A stretch of 64,000 bases of DNA from an uncultured Heliobacteriaceae bacterium (GCA_964468345.1 CAYXVZ010000025.1:5328-69327); one strand, 5' to 3'. Positions 45,588 through 55,825 are shown, counted from the stretch's first letter. Numbers and translations: made by a program. Notes: a model not told the origin generated them from the sequence alone.

Positions 45588-47183
45588 ATGAAAACGATTC
45601 TTGTCTCTTTTCCGAAGACAATTCTATTTGTTGTATTGGCGCTGGCATCCCTTTGCGAAGTCCGCGCGCAGGTCGTTGCGCCGTCGGCCGAACAGCGCGC
45701 CGCGCGCTATCTCGAAGCGATTCGCGCGCAGCCGCTGGACGTCTATGCCTTTCTGCGGGAGATGCCCAAGGGCGGCGATCTGCATATGCATTTGTCGGGC
45801 TCGGTCTATGCGGAATCGTTTATCGAATGGGCGGCGGAAAAGCCCGAGCTTTGCGTCGATCCGGCGACGCTGGCGGCGACGGTGTGCAGCGGCACGACGC
45901 GGCCGACCTTTAAACAGGTGCTTGCGGACGGCGTGCTTTATCGGCGCGTCGTCGATGCATGGTCGATGCGCAACTGGCAGAATTCGGGCCTGAGCGGGCA
46001 CGATCAGTTTTTCGATTCTTTCGGCAAATTCGGCATGGCAACGGGCGGGCGATTGGGCGAGATGGTCGTTGAACTGGCGAATCGAGCCGCCGCGGAGCGC
46101 GTGAGCTATCTCGAAATCATGCTTTCCGCGGATGGCGGCCGCTTTCGCGAAGCCGGCCGCCGGTTGCAATGGCCTTCCGACGAAGAGCTTTTCAAAATGT
46201 CGCCGGCGGATTTGGCGGCCCTTTTCGCGAAAAAGCGCGAAGAACTCCTCGCTGGCGGCATCCTGCAACCGCTGCCCGGCGCGACCGGCACTGCTATTCA
46301 GGAAACCCGGGCGACAATCGACGCGCTCCATCGGACGGTCCGCGATACGCTGCGCTGCAACGATCCCGCCCAGGCCGCGCCGGCCTGTCGCGTGACGATC
46401 CGCTATATCACGCAGGTGACGCGCCTGATTCCGAACCCGGAAGTCTTTGCGCAGATTGTCGGCGCGATGGAATTGATGAAAGCCGATCCGCGCGTTGTCG
46501 GCCTGAACCTCGTCCAGCCCGAAGACGGCCGCGCTGCCATTCGAAACTTCACGCTCCACATGCGGATGCTCGATTCGATGGCCGGCGTGAAAGACTATGA
46601 AAAGAACCGCATCGCGCTGCACGCGGGGGAACTCGCGCCCGGCCTCGTTGCGCCCGAAGCCCTGCGCTTTCACATCCGCGAATCGGTGCAACTCGGTCGC
46701 GCGCGCCGCATTGGCCACGGCGTCGATATCATGTATGAAGACCGGCCGTACGAGTTATTGAAGGAAATGGCCGCCAAACGCATCCTCGTCGAAATCTGCC
46801 TGAGCAGCAACGACGGCATTCTCGGCGTGCGCGGCAAGGAGCATCCGCTGGCGAATTATTTGCGCTTCGGCGTGCCCGTCGCGCTCGCCACCGATGACCT
46901 CGGCGTCGCCCGCTCCGAAATGACGCAGGAATATCTCAAGGCCGTTCGCGAACAGGGACTCGGCTATCTGCAACTGAAAGCCATGGCGCGCAACAGCCTG
47001 GAATATTCGTTTGTAGGTGGTGAGAGTTTTTGGAAGGACGCGAAACAGCGAATCCCGGTCCCTGCCTGTCGGGTTGCGGCTTCTTCGACCTGCCGCCAAT
47101 ATCTCGAGAAGAACGAACGGGCGCGCCTGCAGTCCGATCTTGAAGCGGCCTTCGCGCGCTTCGAAAAAGACTGCTGTCGATAA
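45588..47183 (+). CDS. secreted adenosine/AMP-deaminase-family protein
   Basis: Signal peptide MKTILVSFPKTILFVVLALASLCEVRAQ. PKGGDLHMHLSGS (metal-binding HxH), GHGVDIMYED, ..ATDDLGVARSEMTQEY (deaminase signature). Confidence 0.8.
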   Translation: MKTILVSFPKTILFVVLALASLCEVRAQVVAPSAEQRAARYLEAIRAQPLDVYAFLREMPKGGDLHMHLSGSVYAESFIEWAAEKPELCVDPATLAATVCSGTTRPTFKQVLADGVLYRRVVDAWSMRNWQNSGLSGHDQFFDSFGKFGMATGGRLGEMVVELANRAAAERVSYLEIMLSADGGRFREAGRRLQWPSDEELFKMSPADLAALFAKKREELLAGGILQPLPGATGTAIQETRATIDALHRTVRDTLRCNDPAQAAPACRVTIRYITQVTRLIPNPEVFAQIVGAMELMKADPRVVGLNLVQPEDGRAAIRNFTLHMRMLDSMAGVKDYEKNRIALHAGELAPGLVAPEALRFHIRESVQLGRARRIGHGVDIMYEDRPYELLKEMAAKRILVEICLSSNDGILGVRGKEHPLANYLRFGVPVALATDDLGVARSEMTQEYLKAVREQGLGYLQLKAMARNSLEYSFVGGESFWKDAKQRIPVPACRVAASSTCRQYLEKNERARLQSDLEAAFARFEKDCCR

Positions 47184-47219
47184 GATCTGTAGTGCGGCGC
47201 CAGGTCGCCGCACTACAGA

Positions 47220-47609
47220 TTATTGATCCTTAAACGCCTCATCGACCTCGATTCGATAGCCGTGCGCCAGGCGGTTCGTCTCATTCGCCATTCCGACCAC
47301 GGCCATCAGCTCGCCGAACATCTCATCCGTCATGCCCAGGCTTCGCGCGGCCGCCGTGTGCGAGGCGATGCAGTATTCGCAACCGTTCGTCGCGCTGACC
47401 GCAATGTAAATCATCTGCTTCGTCAAGGGATCGAGCGCGCCGGGGCCCATCGTTTCCTTGATGCTTTCCCAGGTTCGCTTGAGCGTCGCCGGATGATGGG
47501 CCAGCGCCTTCCAGAAATTGTTCACGCTATCGGTCTTTCGCACCGCCATAATGTCGTCATACACGGCGCGTACTTCCGCAGAGGCTTCATCGTATTCGAT
47601 CATTTTCAT
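47220..47609 (-). CDS. carboxymuconolactone-decarboxylase-family (AhpD-like) protein
   Basis: MKMIEYDEA..., ..IAVSATNGCEYCIASHT.. (CxxxH AhpD-core motif). GAGGA Shine-Dalgarno upstream. Confidence 0.75.
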   Translation of the reverse strand: MKMIEYDEASAEVRAVYDDIMAVRKTDSVNNFWKALAHHPATLKRTWESIKETMGPGALDPLTKQMIYIAVSATNGCEYCIASHTAAARSLGMTDEMFGELMAVVGMANETNRLAHGYRIEVDEAFKDQ

Positions 47610-47625
47610 CTGTTGTTCCTCGATA

Positions 47626-47678
47626 CAAAAAATGTGGGACAGAAAAATAACATTTCTTATTTTTCTGTCCCACATTTT
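47626..47678 (-). terminator. intrinsic terminator of the EamA gene
   Basis: AAAAATGTGGGACAGAAAAATAA-catttc-TTATTTTTCTGTCCCACATTTTT is a perfect 23-bp stem. On the minus strand it is followed by a T-run (TTTTTTGTATCG). Confidence 0.75.
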
Positions 47679-47698
47679 TCTGTTGATGGACTGGCCCA

Positions 47699-48652
47699 TC
47701 AACTCAGTGACGGCGCGCACTCTTCGGTTGCTTCAATTCGGCGGGCTTCTTCTTTCTCAGCCTTCGCCGGTTTTTGCCCCGTGATCAGGATGACCGAACT
47801 GACGATCACCGCCGCGCCGAGCAGCATCTTGCCCGTGAACGATTCGCCCGCGAAGGCCCAGCCCAGAATCACCGCGACAACCGGATTCACATAGGCATAG
47901 GTCGCGACCATTGACGGCGTGGCGTTTTTCAGCAGCCAGCTATAAGCCGTGAACCCGATCAGCGAGCCGAAGACATACAGATAAACCAGTCCCAGCCATG
48001 AAGAGGTCGAGACTGCGCTGATGTCGAACCCGTTCCATTCGCCGCGCAGCGCGCCCGCCAGCAGCAGGACCGAGCCGCCCATCAGCATCTGCATGCCCGC
48101 CATCACCAGCGGCGACTTATTCGCCTGCGCGCGCAATCCATAAATCGAGCCGGCCGCCCAGGTGACGGCGCCCACAAGCACGAACAGCGTGCCGCGCAAG
48201 GGATTCGCTCCCTCTGACACCGCGCCGATCCCGCCGTTGCCGATCAGCAGATAAACGCCGAAAAATCCCACCAGAATGCCCAGGATGACTTTCAGACTCG
48301 GGACCGGGCCTTTTAACCACCACCAACTGAGCAGCACGATCCAGAACGGCTCCGTCGCGACCAGCAGCGCCGTGAGGCTCGATGAAATATGGTGCTCCGC
48401 CAACACGACGCCGCCCGTGCCGCCCATAAAGAGCAGCACGCCGACCACGAAAGCAGAGCGCCATTGCGGCCATGTCGGCCGTTCATAGTTGCGCGAAAAA
48501 CGGCCGGCGAGAAACAGCGTCACCCCCGCCAGCAGAAAGCGCGAGCCCGTCATCGTAAAGGCGGGCAGCGTTTCGATCGCGAACTTGATCGCCAGATACG
48601 TCGATCCCCAGAGAACATAGATCGCGGCGAAGGCCGCAATCAGGATCAACAT
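47699..48652 (-). CDS. EamA/DMT-family transporter
   Basis: Ten predicted TM helices in two EamA repeats (..AAFAAIYVLWGSTYLAIKFAIE.., ..FVLVGAVTWAAGSIYG..). Confidence 0.75.
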   Translation of the reverse strand: MLILIAAFAAIYVLWGSTYLAIKFAIETLPAFTMTGSRFLLAGVTLFLAGRFSRNYERPTWPQWRSAFVVGVLLFMGGTGGVVLAEHHISSSLTALLVATEPFWIVLLSWWWLKGPVPSLKVILGILVGFFGVYLLIGNGGIGAVSEGANPLRGTLFVLVGAVTWAAGSIYGLRAQANKSPLVMAGMQMLMGGSVLLLAGALRGEWNGFDISAVSTSSWLGLVYLYVFGSLIGFTAYSWLLKNATPSMVATYAYVNPVVAVILGWAFAGESFTGKMLLGAAVIVSSVILITGQKPAKAEKEEARRIEATEECAPSLS

Positions 48653-48742
48653 GCTCTTTTCCGAATTTTGTTTTACAAGACCTTTCCAACGCATTCCTTC
48701 TCTCCTTCTCCTGCCTGATTCTTTTTGATCAGTTCGTTATTA

Positions 48743-48806
48743 ACCAAGAAGAAACGAAGAACACGAAGCCTTCTCTCCTTCGTGCTCTTCGTTTCTTCGT
48801 GGTTGC
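48743..48806. repeat. CACGAAGAR-nonamer palindrome
   Basis: AACCAAGAAGAAACGAAGAACACGAAG-(12 nt)-CTTCGTGCTCTTCGTTTCTTCGTGGTT. Arms are 3 tandem ~9-mers. Lies between the EamA and Lrp genes. Confidence 0.85.
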
Positions 48807-48815
48807 TTTAAGTAG

Positions 48816-49298
48816 TTACTTTGAAGCGCGTTTCTTTTTATCGGCTTTGTTTTCGCCTTCGATGGGAAGTTCCATCGTTTCCTTGATCGTTTGCAATACG
48901 ACGGTGGTGCGCGTGTTGATGATTTCGGGAATGGGCTTCAGCTTTTCCCGCAGCAACCGCCCCAGATCTTCGGTGTTCTGCGCGCGAACCTTGAGCAGGT
49001 AACAGTCTTCGCCCGCGACGTCGTGCACTTCCAGCACCTCGGGGATGACCGCCAGCAGCGGTTCGATTGCGCCGCAGGAATTCGTTCGAATAAAGACGAA
49101 GGCCGTCAATCCGAACCCCATCACCGCCGGATCGAGATCCGCCGCATAGCCGCGGATCACGCCGCTTTCTTCCAGCTTCCGCACGCGTTCCAGCACGGCG
49201 GACGGCGCAAGGTCGACCTGCCGGGCAAGCTCCGCATTCGACGTGCGCGCATCTTTCTGAAGGATGTTCAGTATTTTTCTGTCAATTGCGTCGATCAT
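48816..49298 (-). CDS. Lrp/AsnC-family transcriptional regulator
   Basis: MIDAIDRKILNILQKDARTSNAELARQVDLAPSAVLERVRKLEESGVI (HTH), then a RAM domain. Confidence 0.85.
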   Translation of the reverse strand: MIDAIDRKILNILQKDARTSNAELARQVDLAPSAVLERVRKLEESGVIRGYAADLDPAVMGFGLTAFVFIRTNSCGAIEPLLAVIPEVLEVHDVAGEDCYLLKVRAQNTEDLGRLLREKLKPIPEIINTRTTVVLQTIKETMELPIEGENKADKKKRASK

Positions 49299-49394
49299 TC
49301 TGTTTATTGACCGAAAACAGAATAATCTGCGGCGATCGGGTTGTCAATGAAATTCTAATTTCAGGCGCAAGCGGACCGAGGTATCCTGCGCGCT

Positions 49395-50036
49395 ATGAAA
49401 AAAGGAACCCCGTCGCTTGCAAAGATTTTGTTCATCGGCAACAGCTTCACCGCGCGGAACGACATGCCCGGACTGATTGCGCAATTGGCTGCGCATCGCG
49501 GTCTGCAATTGCAGCATGCACTGATTTCGGCGGGCGGCGCTTCGCTGCGCATGCATTGGAACAAGGGAGAAGCGCAACAGAGGATCGCGCAGGGCGGCTA
49601 CGATTACGTCGTTCTGCAGGAGCAGAGCACGCTGCCCGTCAAAAATGCCGCACGCATGCATGAAAATATCCGTCTCTTCGATGACGCGATTCGGGCCGCC
49701 GGCGCAAAGACCGCGCTTTATCTCACCTGGGCGCGCGCAAATGCGCCCGACACGCAGGCCGCGATCAATGAAGCCTATGCCTCGATCGCCAAAGAACTCG
49801 GCGCGACGCTCGTCCCCGTCGGCATCGCGTGGCAAAACTTCCTCGCCAAATACGATCAGCCCGCTTTGCATGACAAGGATCAAAGCCATCCCACGCCGGC
49901 CGGCTCCTATCTCGCGGCCTGTGTCTTCCTGAAATCGCTCCTCGGCGAAGATCCACGCGGCATTCCCTGCGATCTGAAAGGACTCGCCGCCCCGGATGCG
50001 GAGAAATTGCAGAAGATTGCATGGGCGGTAAAATGA
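49395..50036 (+). CDS. SGNH/GDSL-like hydrolase family protein, tentative
   Basis: ILFIGNSFTARND (GDS-like block I with Ser), ..GYDYVVLQEQS.., ..DQSHPTPAGSYL (block V D-x-x-H). Confidence 0.5.
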   Translation: MKKGTPSLAKILFIGNSFTARNDMPGLIAQLAAHRGLQLQHALISAGGASLRMHWNKGEAQQRIAQGGYDYVVLQEQSTLPVKNAARMHENIRLFDDAIRAAGAKTALYLTWARANAPDTQAAINEAYASIAKELGATLVPVGIAWQNFLAKYDQPALHDKDQSHPTPAGSYLAACVFLKSLLGEDPRGIPCDLKGLAAPDAEKLQKIAWAVK

Positions 50037-50094
50037 TTGACTATTGGTACCAGGAACAACGGCGCTATAATCGCGGACGGCAGCCAGCGATTTT

Positions 50095-50724
50095 TTGGAG
50101 GTGAGAGTTATGGCCGTAGCTGAAGCTGAATTGAAAGTAACTATTGAGGAATATCTGCGACATGAGCGTGAGGCCGAAGAACGTCATGAATATCTCAATG
50201 GCCTCGTCTACGCGATGGCTGGCGAGAGTCCGGACCATGGCATCATCAGTGTAAATTTGGTCCGAGAACTTAGTGTTCGTTTACGCGGAGGTCCCTGCCA
50301 GCCTTTTACGAAAGACACCAAGGTTCGATGCGGGCCGAATCCACTGCCGCCTCATTCAATGCGCGGGTTGTTCGCCTATCCGGATATTGTTGTTGTCTGC
50401 GGTGAACGGCAATATCACGACAAGTACAAGGATGTTCTGCTCAATCCGACGGTGATCATTGAAATTCTCTCCAAAACAACCAAGGATTTCGATCGGGGAG
50501 AAAAGTTCGAGCATTACCGGACCTGGCTGCCATCGCTGCAGGAATACGTCTTGGTGCATCAAAGCCAGCCGCGCATCGAACATTTCGAGCGGCAGAAAAC
50601 AGGACAATGGTTATTGACCACGATTGACGGGATGGAGGCAGTGCTTCCCTTGCAATCCCTTGATTGCACGCTTGCCTTGCGGGATATTTACGAAGGAATC
50701 GCGTTTTCGGTAGTGCCTGAATAG
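50095..50724 (+). CDS. Uma2-family (DUF820) putative endonuclease
   Basis: ..EYLNGLVYAMAGESPDHGIISVNL.., PDIVVVCGE.., ..IIEILSKTTKDFDRGEKFEHY.., which is the PD-(D/E)xK-like Uma2 pattern. Confidence 0.7.
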   Translation: MEVRVMAVAEAELKVTIEEYLRHEREAEERHEYLNGLVYAMAGESPDHGIISVNLVRELSVRLRGGPCQPFTKDTKVRCGPNPLPPHSMRGLFAYPDIVVVCGERQYHDKYKDVLLNPTVIIEILSKTTKDFDRGEKFEHYRTWLPSLQEYVLVHQSQPRIEHFERQKTGQWLLTTIDGMEAVLPLQSLDCTLALRDIYEGIAFSVVPE

Positions 50725-50728
50725 GAAA

Positions 50729-50985
50729 TTCACCACGAAGACACGAAGAGCACAGAGCAGCGAAGCCGCAACCAAATCAATGAAAGAGAGAAACGGAAAT
50801 AACGGAACAGACGGAATAGACAGCCTTTCTCTTTCGTTTATTCCGTTATTTCCGTTTGTTCCGTACTCTCTCTTCTCACAGCGCAAATTTCTTGCTGAAA
50901 ACAAGAAGTTGCTCTTGTGTTTCACGAAGAAGAAAAGAACCACGAGCGCCTTTTTCTTCGTGCTCTTCGTGTCTTCGTGGTGAAT
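50729..50985. repeat. nested composite palindrome: outer CACGAAGAR arms enclosing an inner (AACGGAANAN)x3 palindrome
   Basis: Outer TTCACCACGAAGACACGAAGAGCAC (50729-) pairs with CTTCGTGCTCTTCGTGTCTTCGTGGTGAA (50955-50985). Inner GAAACGGAAATAACGGAACAGACGGAATAGA pairs with TCGTTTATTCCGTTATTTCCGTTTGTTCCGT. Fills the gap between convergent genes. Confidence 0.8.
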
Positions 50986-50986
50986 C

Positions 50987-51322
50987 TCAACCTTTCTTCT
51001 TGGATTCCGCCAGGAAATCGCCGAGTCGATCCAGACGGCGTTGCCACGTTGTGCGGCGATCGGCGATCCAGCGTTCGGCCACGGAAAGGCCCGCCGGTTC
51101 GAGGCGGCAGGTGCGGACGCGGCCTTCTTTCTCGGTCCGCACCAGGCCGCTTTCTTCCAGCACCTGCAAATGCTGCACAACGGCGGCCAATGTCATATCG
51201 AGCGGCTCGGCCAGCCGCGAAACAGAGATCGGCTCTTCGCTCAGCCGCTCCAGAATGGCCCGCCGCGTCGGATCGGCCAGCGCGCGAAAGACCTGATCCA
51301 GGTTGGCCGCCACGCTACGCAT
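50987..51322 (-). CDS. ArsR/SmtB-family transcriptional regulator
   Basis: ..FRALADPTRRAILERLSEEPISVSRLAEPLDMTLAAVVQHLQVLEESGLV (winged HTH). Confidence 0.8.
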   Translation of the reverse strand: MRSVAANLDQVFRALADPTRRAILERLSEEPISVSRLAEPLDMTLAAVVQHLQVLEESGLVRTEKEGRVRTCRLEPAGLSVAERWIADRRTTWQRRLDRLGDFLAESKKKG

Positions 51323-51794
51323 GACTTTTCAGTTCCTTTGCCAGTGATTCCAGCAACGCCCGCCAGCCTTGCTCGCGCATCTGCGGTCCATCCGCCCCTT
51401 CGAAATAAGCCCCCTGTTCCGTGAAGATCAGTTTCGTTCCGTCGCCATCGGCCACTAATTCCACCGTCGCCAGCGAAGCCGAGAATCGTTTGCCGGCCAT
51501 ATTCATCGTGTAGGCCAGCACAATGCGACGATCTGCCTCGATGTCCAGATAGGTCGTCTCATTCCCGAAAAGCGTCCCCGGAAACGGCGTGCCCTCGCCG
51601 AATTGATAGGTCGCGCGCTCGCTGCCGCCCACTCGAAAGTCCATCTCAAACGATACCACCGTCGAATGCTCCCCTTGCGCAAACCAGCGGCGCTTGCTGT
51701 CCGGTTCCGCAAAGGCCGCAAACACCCGCTCCACCGAAGCCGGATAGCTTCGCTCGATCACAAACGTATTGTGCGTAATGCTTCGTTCACTCAT
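51315..51794 (-). CDS. SRPBCC/AHSA1-like (activator of Hsp90 ATPase homolog) protein
   Basis: MSERSITHNTFVIERSYPASVERVFAAFAEPDSKRRWF... Strong Shine-Dalgarno GGAGGA. Overlaps ArsR by 8 nt, which is the classic ArsR-AHSA1 pair. Confidence 0.7.
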   Translation of the reverse strand: MSERSITHNTFVIERSYPASVERVFAAFAEPDSKRRWFAQGEHSTVVSFEMDFRVGGSERATYQFGEGTPFPGTLFGNETTYLDIEADRRIVLAYTMNMAGKRFSASLATVELVADGDGTKLIFTEQGAYFEGADGPQMREQGWRALLESLAKELKSHA

Positions 51795-51965
51795 TTCTTT
51801 TCCTCCTGGATTCAATAGTTAAGCGATGGCTTTAGTATTGCGCGGCAAGTCTCAATTGTCAAGTGAATACTTAAGTATCGATTCATGACCGAAAATAGGA
51901 ATTGCGATATGATGCCCATCGCAGTCACTCGGTACACTTCAGTCAGAGGCAGAATCCTAGAAGCC

Positions 51966-52532
51966 ATGGATGCCACGGATACGACGCAATTGCTCAATCA
52001 ATTTTCGAATGGGGACGCGGAAGCCGCGGGCCGCCTGATTCCGCTTGTCTATGAAGACCTGCGGCAGATGGCGGAGTGGTATATGAAACAGGAGCGCAAG
52101 GGGCATACATTGCAACCGACGGCGCTGGTCAATGAGGTGTATCTGCGGCTGTTTCAAAAGAAGGTCGAATACGCGAGGCGGGAGCATTTTTTCGCCGTGG
52201 CGTCGCAGGTGATGCGTCATCTGCTGGTCGATTACTCCCGGCGGATTCGTGCCGCGCGTCGCCAGGGCGAGCGGCATAAGATATCGCTCGATGAAATTCC
52301 CGATCCGCAACTGCCGGTGCGCGAGGATCTGGTGCGGCTGCACGAAGCCCTCCAGGATTTCGAGCGGCTGCATCCCCGCGCCGGGCGGGTCGTGGAAATG
52401 CGCTTTTTCGGCGGCTTTCACATCGAAGAGATCGCGCAGGCACTCGACACTTCGCCGGCGACGGTCAAGCGGGACTGGGAATTCGCGCAGGCCTGGCTGC
52501 ATCGGTATCTGGCGAATGGAAATCATTCATAG
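51966..52532 (+). CDS. ECF sigma factor, TIGR02999-like (Ser/Thr-kinase-associated type)
   Basis: MDATDTTQLLNQFSNGDAEAAGRLIPLVYEDLRQMAEWYMKQERKGHTLQPTALVNEVYLRLF is the characteristic N-terminus of this family. C-terminal region-4 HTH. Immediately upstream of the STK. Confidence 0.8.
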   Translation: MDATDTTQLLNQFSNGDAEAAGRLIPLVYEDLRQMAEWYMKQERKGHTLQPTALVNEVYLRLFQKKVEYARREHFFAVASQVMRHLLVDYSRRIRAARRQGERHKISLDEIPDPQLPVREDLVRLHEALQDFERLHPRAGRVVEMRFFGGFHIEEIAQALDTSPATVKRDWEFAQAWLHRYLANGNHS

Positions 52533-52552
52533 TCCTTCACGCCTCTGCCACG

Positions 52553-55500
52553 ATGGACAACAACAGAGAACAACAAATCAGAGAGCTGTTCGACGCGGCG
52601 ATCGAGATGCCCTCGGAAGAGCGCGCAATTTATCTTGCGACGGCAACGATGGAAGAATCCTTGCGCGAAGAGGTCCATCGCCTGATCGCATCGAGCAAAG
52701 TCGCGCCCGACTTCCTGAGCCGGGAACGCTGGCTGGGCGGTTTGTTCGGCGGCCTGGAAACAAAGCCGCCAGCTTTGATGGAGGGGCGCCGGATCGGGCC
52801 GTATCAAGTCATCCGGGAACTCGGCGTGGGCGGCATGGGCACGGTGTATCTAGCGCACCGCGCCGATGAGGTGTATGAAAAGCAGGTGGCCATCAAACTG
52901 GTTCGCCCCGATGCGCTGGCGCGTTTTTATCAGGAGCGCCGCATCCTGGCGCGGCTCGAACATCCGAACATCGCGCGCCTGATCGATGGCGGGCAGACGG
53001 ACGATGGCCTGCAATATCTCGTCATGGAGTATGTCGAGGGGCGAACGATTACCGATTACTGCGCGCATCGCCAGCTTTCCCTGCAACAACGATTGCAGCT
53101 CTTCCGCCAGGTCTGCGACGCCGTTCAACACGCCCACCGGAATCTCGTCATCCACCGCGATCTGAAGCCCACCAATATTCTGGTCGATGAGAGCGGCGCG
53201 CCGAAGCTGCTGGATTTCGGCATCGCGAAGCTGGTCGATCCGGAGGAGCAGAGCGAAACGCTGACCCAGGCGGGCATGCTTGCGCTCACGCCCGAATATG
53301 CCAGCCCCGAACAGGTGCGGGGCGAAACGGTCGCGACGACGACGGATGTGTACAGCCTGGGCGTATTGCTCTATGAGCTTTTGACGGGCAGCCGCCCGTA
53401 TCGCATTCAATCGCGTTTTGCGCCGGAGATCATTCGCGCCGTCTGCGAGGAAGAGCCCGAAAAGCCCGGCCTGCGCGTGCCCGCGCTGCGCGGCGATCTC
53501 GAGAACATCATGCTGATGGCGCTGCGCAAGGACGCGGCAGCGCGCTATCAGTCGGTCGAAGAATTCGGCAATGATCTGCGCCGCTATCTCGAAGGAGAAA
53601 TGGTCGCCGCGCGCCCCGCGACGTTTCGCTATCGGGCGGAAAAATACATCAAGCGCAATCGCGCGCTGGTCGCGGCCGGCACGGTCTTGTTTCTCGCTCT
53701 GCTTGTCGGGCTGGGAATCTTGTTCTGGCAGTTGCGGGCTTCCCGTTCGCGCGAACAGGCGCAGCGCCGCGAGCTGTATTCGATTCGCATGATGCAGGCC
53801 AGCAACGACTGGTTCGGCGACAACCCGCGAAGCTATAACGAAATCCTGCAAAGTCCTCCGATCGTGCCGCAGGCGGGCGAAGAAGATTTGCGCGGTTTGG
53901 AATATCAGTATCTATGGCACCTCGGCCATCGGGAGCGCTTCACCTTCGATTCAGTGGATACTGTCGATTTCTCTTACATGAAGGATGAAAGCGGCTACTT
54001 GCTTTCGGTACGAGACAATCGCGAGTTCACGCTCTGGCAGATCCCCTCGGGGAAGCGGATTCTGGTTCGCAACTTTCCTGCCCCGATAGAATGGCGAAAT
54101 TCCATTCCCGCTTCCGGAAATCCTTGCATCATCTATATCGATGACGGTCACGCGCTTATGCGTATGGATTTGCTCGAAGGCACGAAATGGCAAGTGCTGA
54201 GAGATCAGGAAAGCACGTTCACATATTTTGGGGGAATAGAAGGCAAAGAATGGTTAACGGCGGGTCCAAAGGGACGAATCAAACGCTGGGATTGGCGAAC
54301 GGGGCGGTATCTCGGCGCATTTGAAACCGGGATCGACCGCGTGACATATATGGGGCACACCCCGCAGCAAGGTGACCGGGTACTTGTCTTCGGCAACGCC
54401 GGAGAAATCCAGATCTGGGACCCGCCCCGAAACTCCCTCTTGATGACGCTGCCCGCCGGTTCGTTCGCAATATTTGCCGCAACGGTCCACGGATTGCTGG
54501 TGACTCGCCTCGGGAATGGCTCGCTGATCGTTTATGACCTGAAGACATTACGAAAACTGAATTCGCTTTCGCTCCCTGCCTCAGTGGGGGCTGTTGGACT
54601 TTTGCCCAACAAGCAAGTCGCTGCCGCCATTCCAGACGATAATAGTGTGCGCATTTACGATCTGCCTTCCTTGCGGATTCGGCATACGCTTCGCGGCCAT
54701 ACGGAATGGATTAATGCATTTAACGGTTCCAAAAATGGAAAGTGGATCGCGACTGCCAGCAGTGACCGGACGGTGAAACTATGGGATGCCAAAACCTTTG
54801 AAGAACTGGCGACAATTCGTGGACACCTGGACGATGTTTCTCTCGCGTATTTCATCGATCACGCCGGGCACCTGATTTCAAAGAGTGAAAAGACAATAAA
54901 AGTATGGCCTATGTCCGAGGTTCTCCGTCCTGAAGTTGTGCGCGGTCATGCCGGGAAAGTCTTTTCTGTCGCTTTTTCGCCCGACGGAAAGCTGTTGGCC
55001 AGCGCAAATCAGGACCGGACTATTCGCCTGTGGAATCCGGCCACGGGCGCCCTTGTCAATACGCTGACGGGACACCCGGGCCAGATTTTCTGTGTTTCTT
55101 TTTCTCCCGATGGCAAACATCTGGTTTCATCCGGCGAAGGGTCGAAGACGCAACCGGCGGTCGCGGCGCGCACCTGGGATGTGGCAACGGGGAAGGCGCA
55201 ATTCGAATTATGTTGCCATCGTGAGCAGATCCATTTTGCCTCGTACTCGCCCAATGGCAGGATGATTGCGACGGCCAGCGATGACAGGACAATCAAGCTT
55301 TGGGACGCAGTCAGCGGACGCGAACTTCGCAGCCTGGGCGGAGCGCCGCGCGAACTCTGGTCGTTGGCCTTCACGCCCGACGGACGATCGATCGCGGGTG
55401 GAACGGATCGAGGCGAGGTCTTTTTCTGGGATATAGAAACCGGTCGCCTCGAAAAACGAATGCAGGCGCACCCGGGATCGATCTGGTCCATCGCCTTTTC

Positions 55501-55825
55501 GCCCGATGGCCGCACCTGGGCCACCGCCAGCGGAGATGCCACGGCGCGCCTGTGGGATACCGCGACGCGCACGCTCCTTCGCGAATTCAAGGGCCATGCC
55601 GACGGGCTGTTCGAACTCGCCTTCTCGCCCGACGGCACGCGCCTCGCGACCGCCAGCAACGATAAAACCGTGCGTTTCTGGAATGTCGCCACCGGCCATG
55701 CCGTTCTGAACCTGCAAGGCCACACCGCACAGGTCTGGTCCGTCGCCTTCTCGCCCGACGGCCGAACGCTCGCCACCGGCAGTTGGGATCAAACGATCCG
55801 GCTCTATCGCGCGGCGGAGCGATAA
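52553..55825 (+). CDS. Ser/Thr protein kinase with TM segment and C-terminal WD40 beta-propeller repeats
   Basis: Hanks kinase motifs (GGMGTVYLA, VAIK, HRDLKPTNILV, DFGIAK, SPEQ). One TM helix (LVAAGTVLFLALLVGLGILFW). At least 8 WD40 repeats (..SASNDKTVRFWNVATG.., ..GSWDQTIRLY..). Confidence 0.9.
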   Translation: MDNNREQQIRELFDAAIEMPSEERAIYLATATMEESLREEVHRLIASSKVAPDFLSRERWLGGLFGGLETKPPALMEGRRIGPYQVIRELGVGGMGTVYLAHRADEVYEKQVAIKLVRPDALARFYQERRILARLEHPNIARLIDGGQTDDGLQYLVMEYVEGRTITDYCAHRQLSLQQRLQLFRQVCDAVQHAHRNLVIHRDLKPTNILVDESGAPKLLDFGIAKLVDPEEQSETLTQAGMLALTPEYASPEQVRGETVATTTDVYSLGVLLYELLTGSRPYRIQSRFAPEIIRAVCEEEPEKPGLRVPALRGDLENIMLMALRKDAAARYQSVEEFGNDLRRYLEGEMVAARPATFRYRAEKYIKRNRALVAAGTVLFLALLVGLGILFWQLRASRSREQAQRRELYSIRMMQASNDWFGDNPRSYNEILQSPPIVPQAGEEDLRGLEYQYLWHLGHRERFTFDSVDTVDFSYMKDESGYLLSVRDNREFTLWQIPSGKRILVRNFPAPIEWRNSIPASGNPCIIYIDDGHALMRMDLLEGTKWQVLRDQESTFTYFGGIEGKEWLTAGPKGRIKRWDWRTGRYLGAFETGIDRVTYMGHTPQQGDRVLVFGNAGEIQIWDPPRNSLLMTLPAGSFAIFAATVHGLLVTRLGNGSLIVYDLKTLRKLNSLSLPASVGAVGLLPNKQVAAAIPDDNSVRIYDLPSLRIRHTLRGHTEWINAFNGSKNGKWIATASSDRTVKLWDAKTFEELATIRGHLDDVSLAYFIDHAGHLISKSEKTIKVWPMSEVLRPEVVRGHAGKVFSVAFSPDGKLLASANQDRTIRLWNPATGALVNTLTGHPGQIFCVSFSPDGKHLVSSGEGSKTQPAVAARTWDVATGKAQFELCCHREQIHFASYSPNGRMIATASDDRTIKLWDAVSGRELRSLGGAPRELWSLAFTPDGRSIAGGTDRGEVFFWDIETGRLEKRMQAHPGSIWSIAFSPDGRTWATASGDATARLWDTATRTLLREFKGHADGLFELAFSPDGTRLATASNDKTVRFWNVATGHAVLNLQGHTAQVWSVAFSPDGRTLATGSWDQTIRLYRAAER

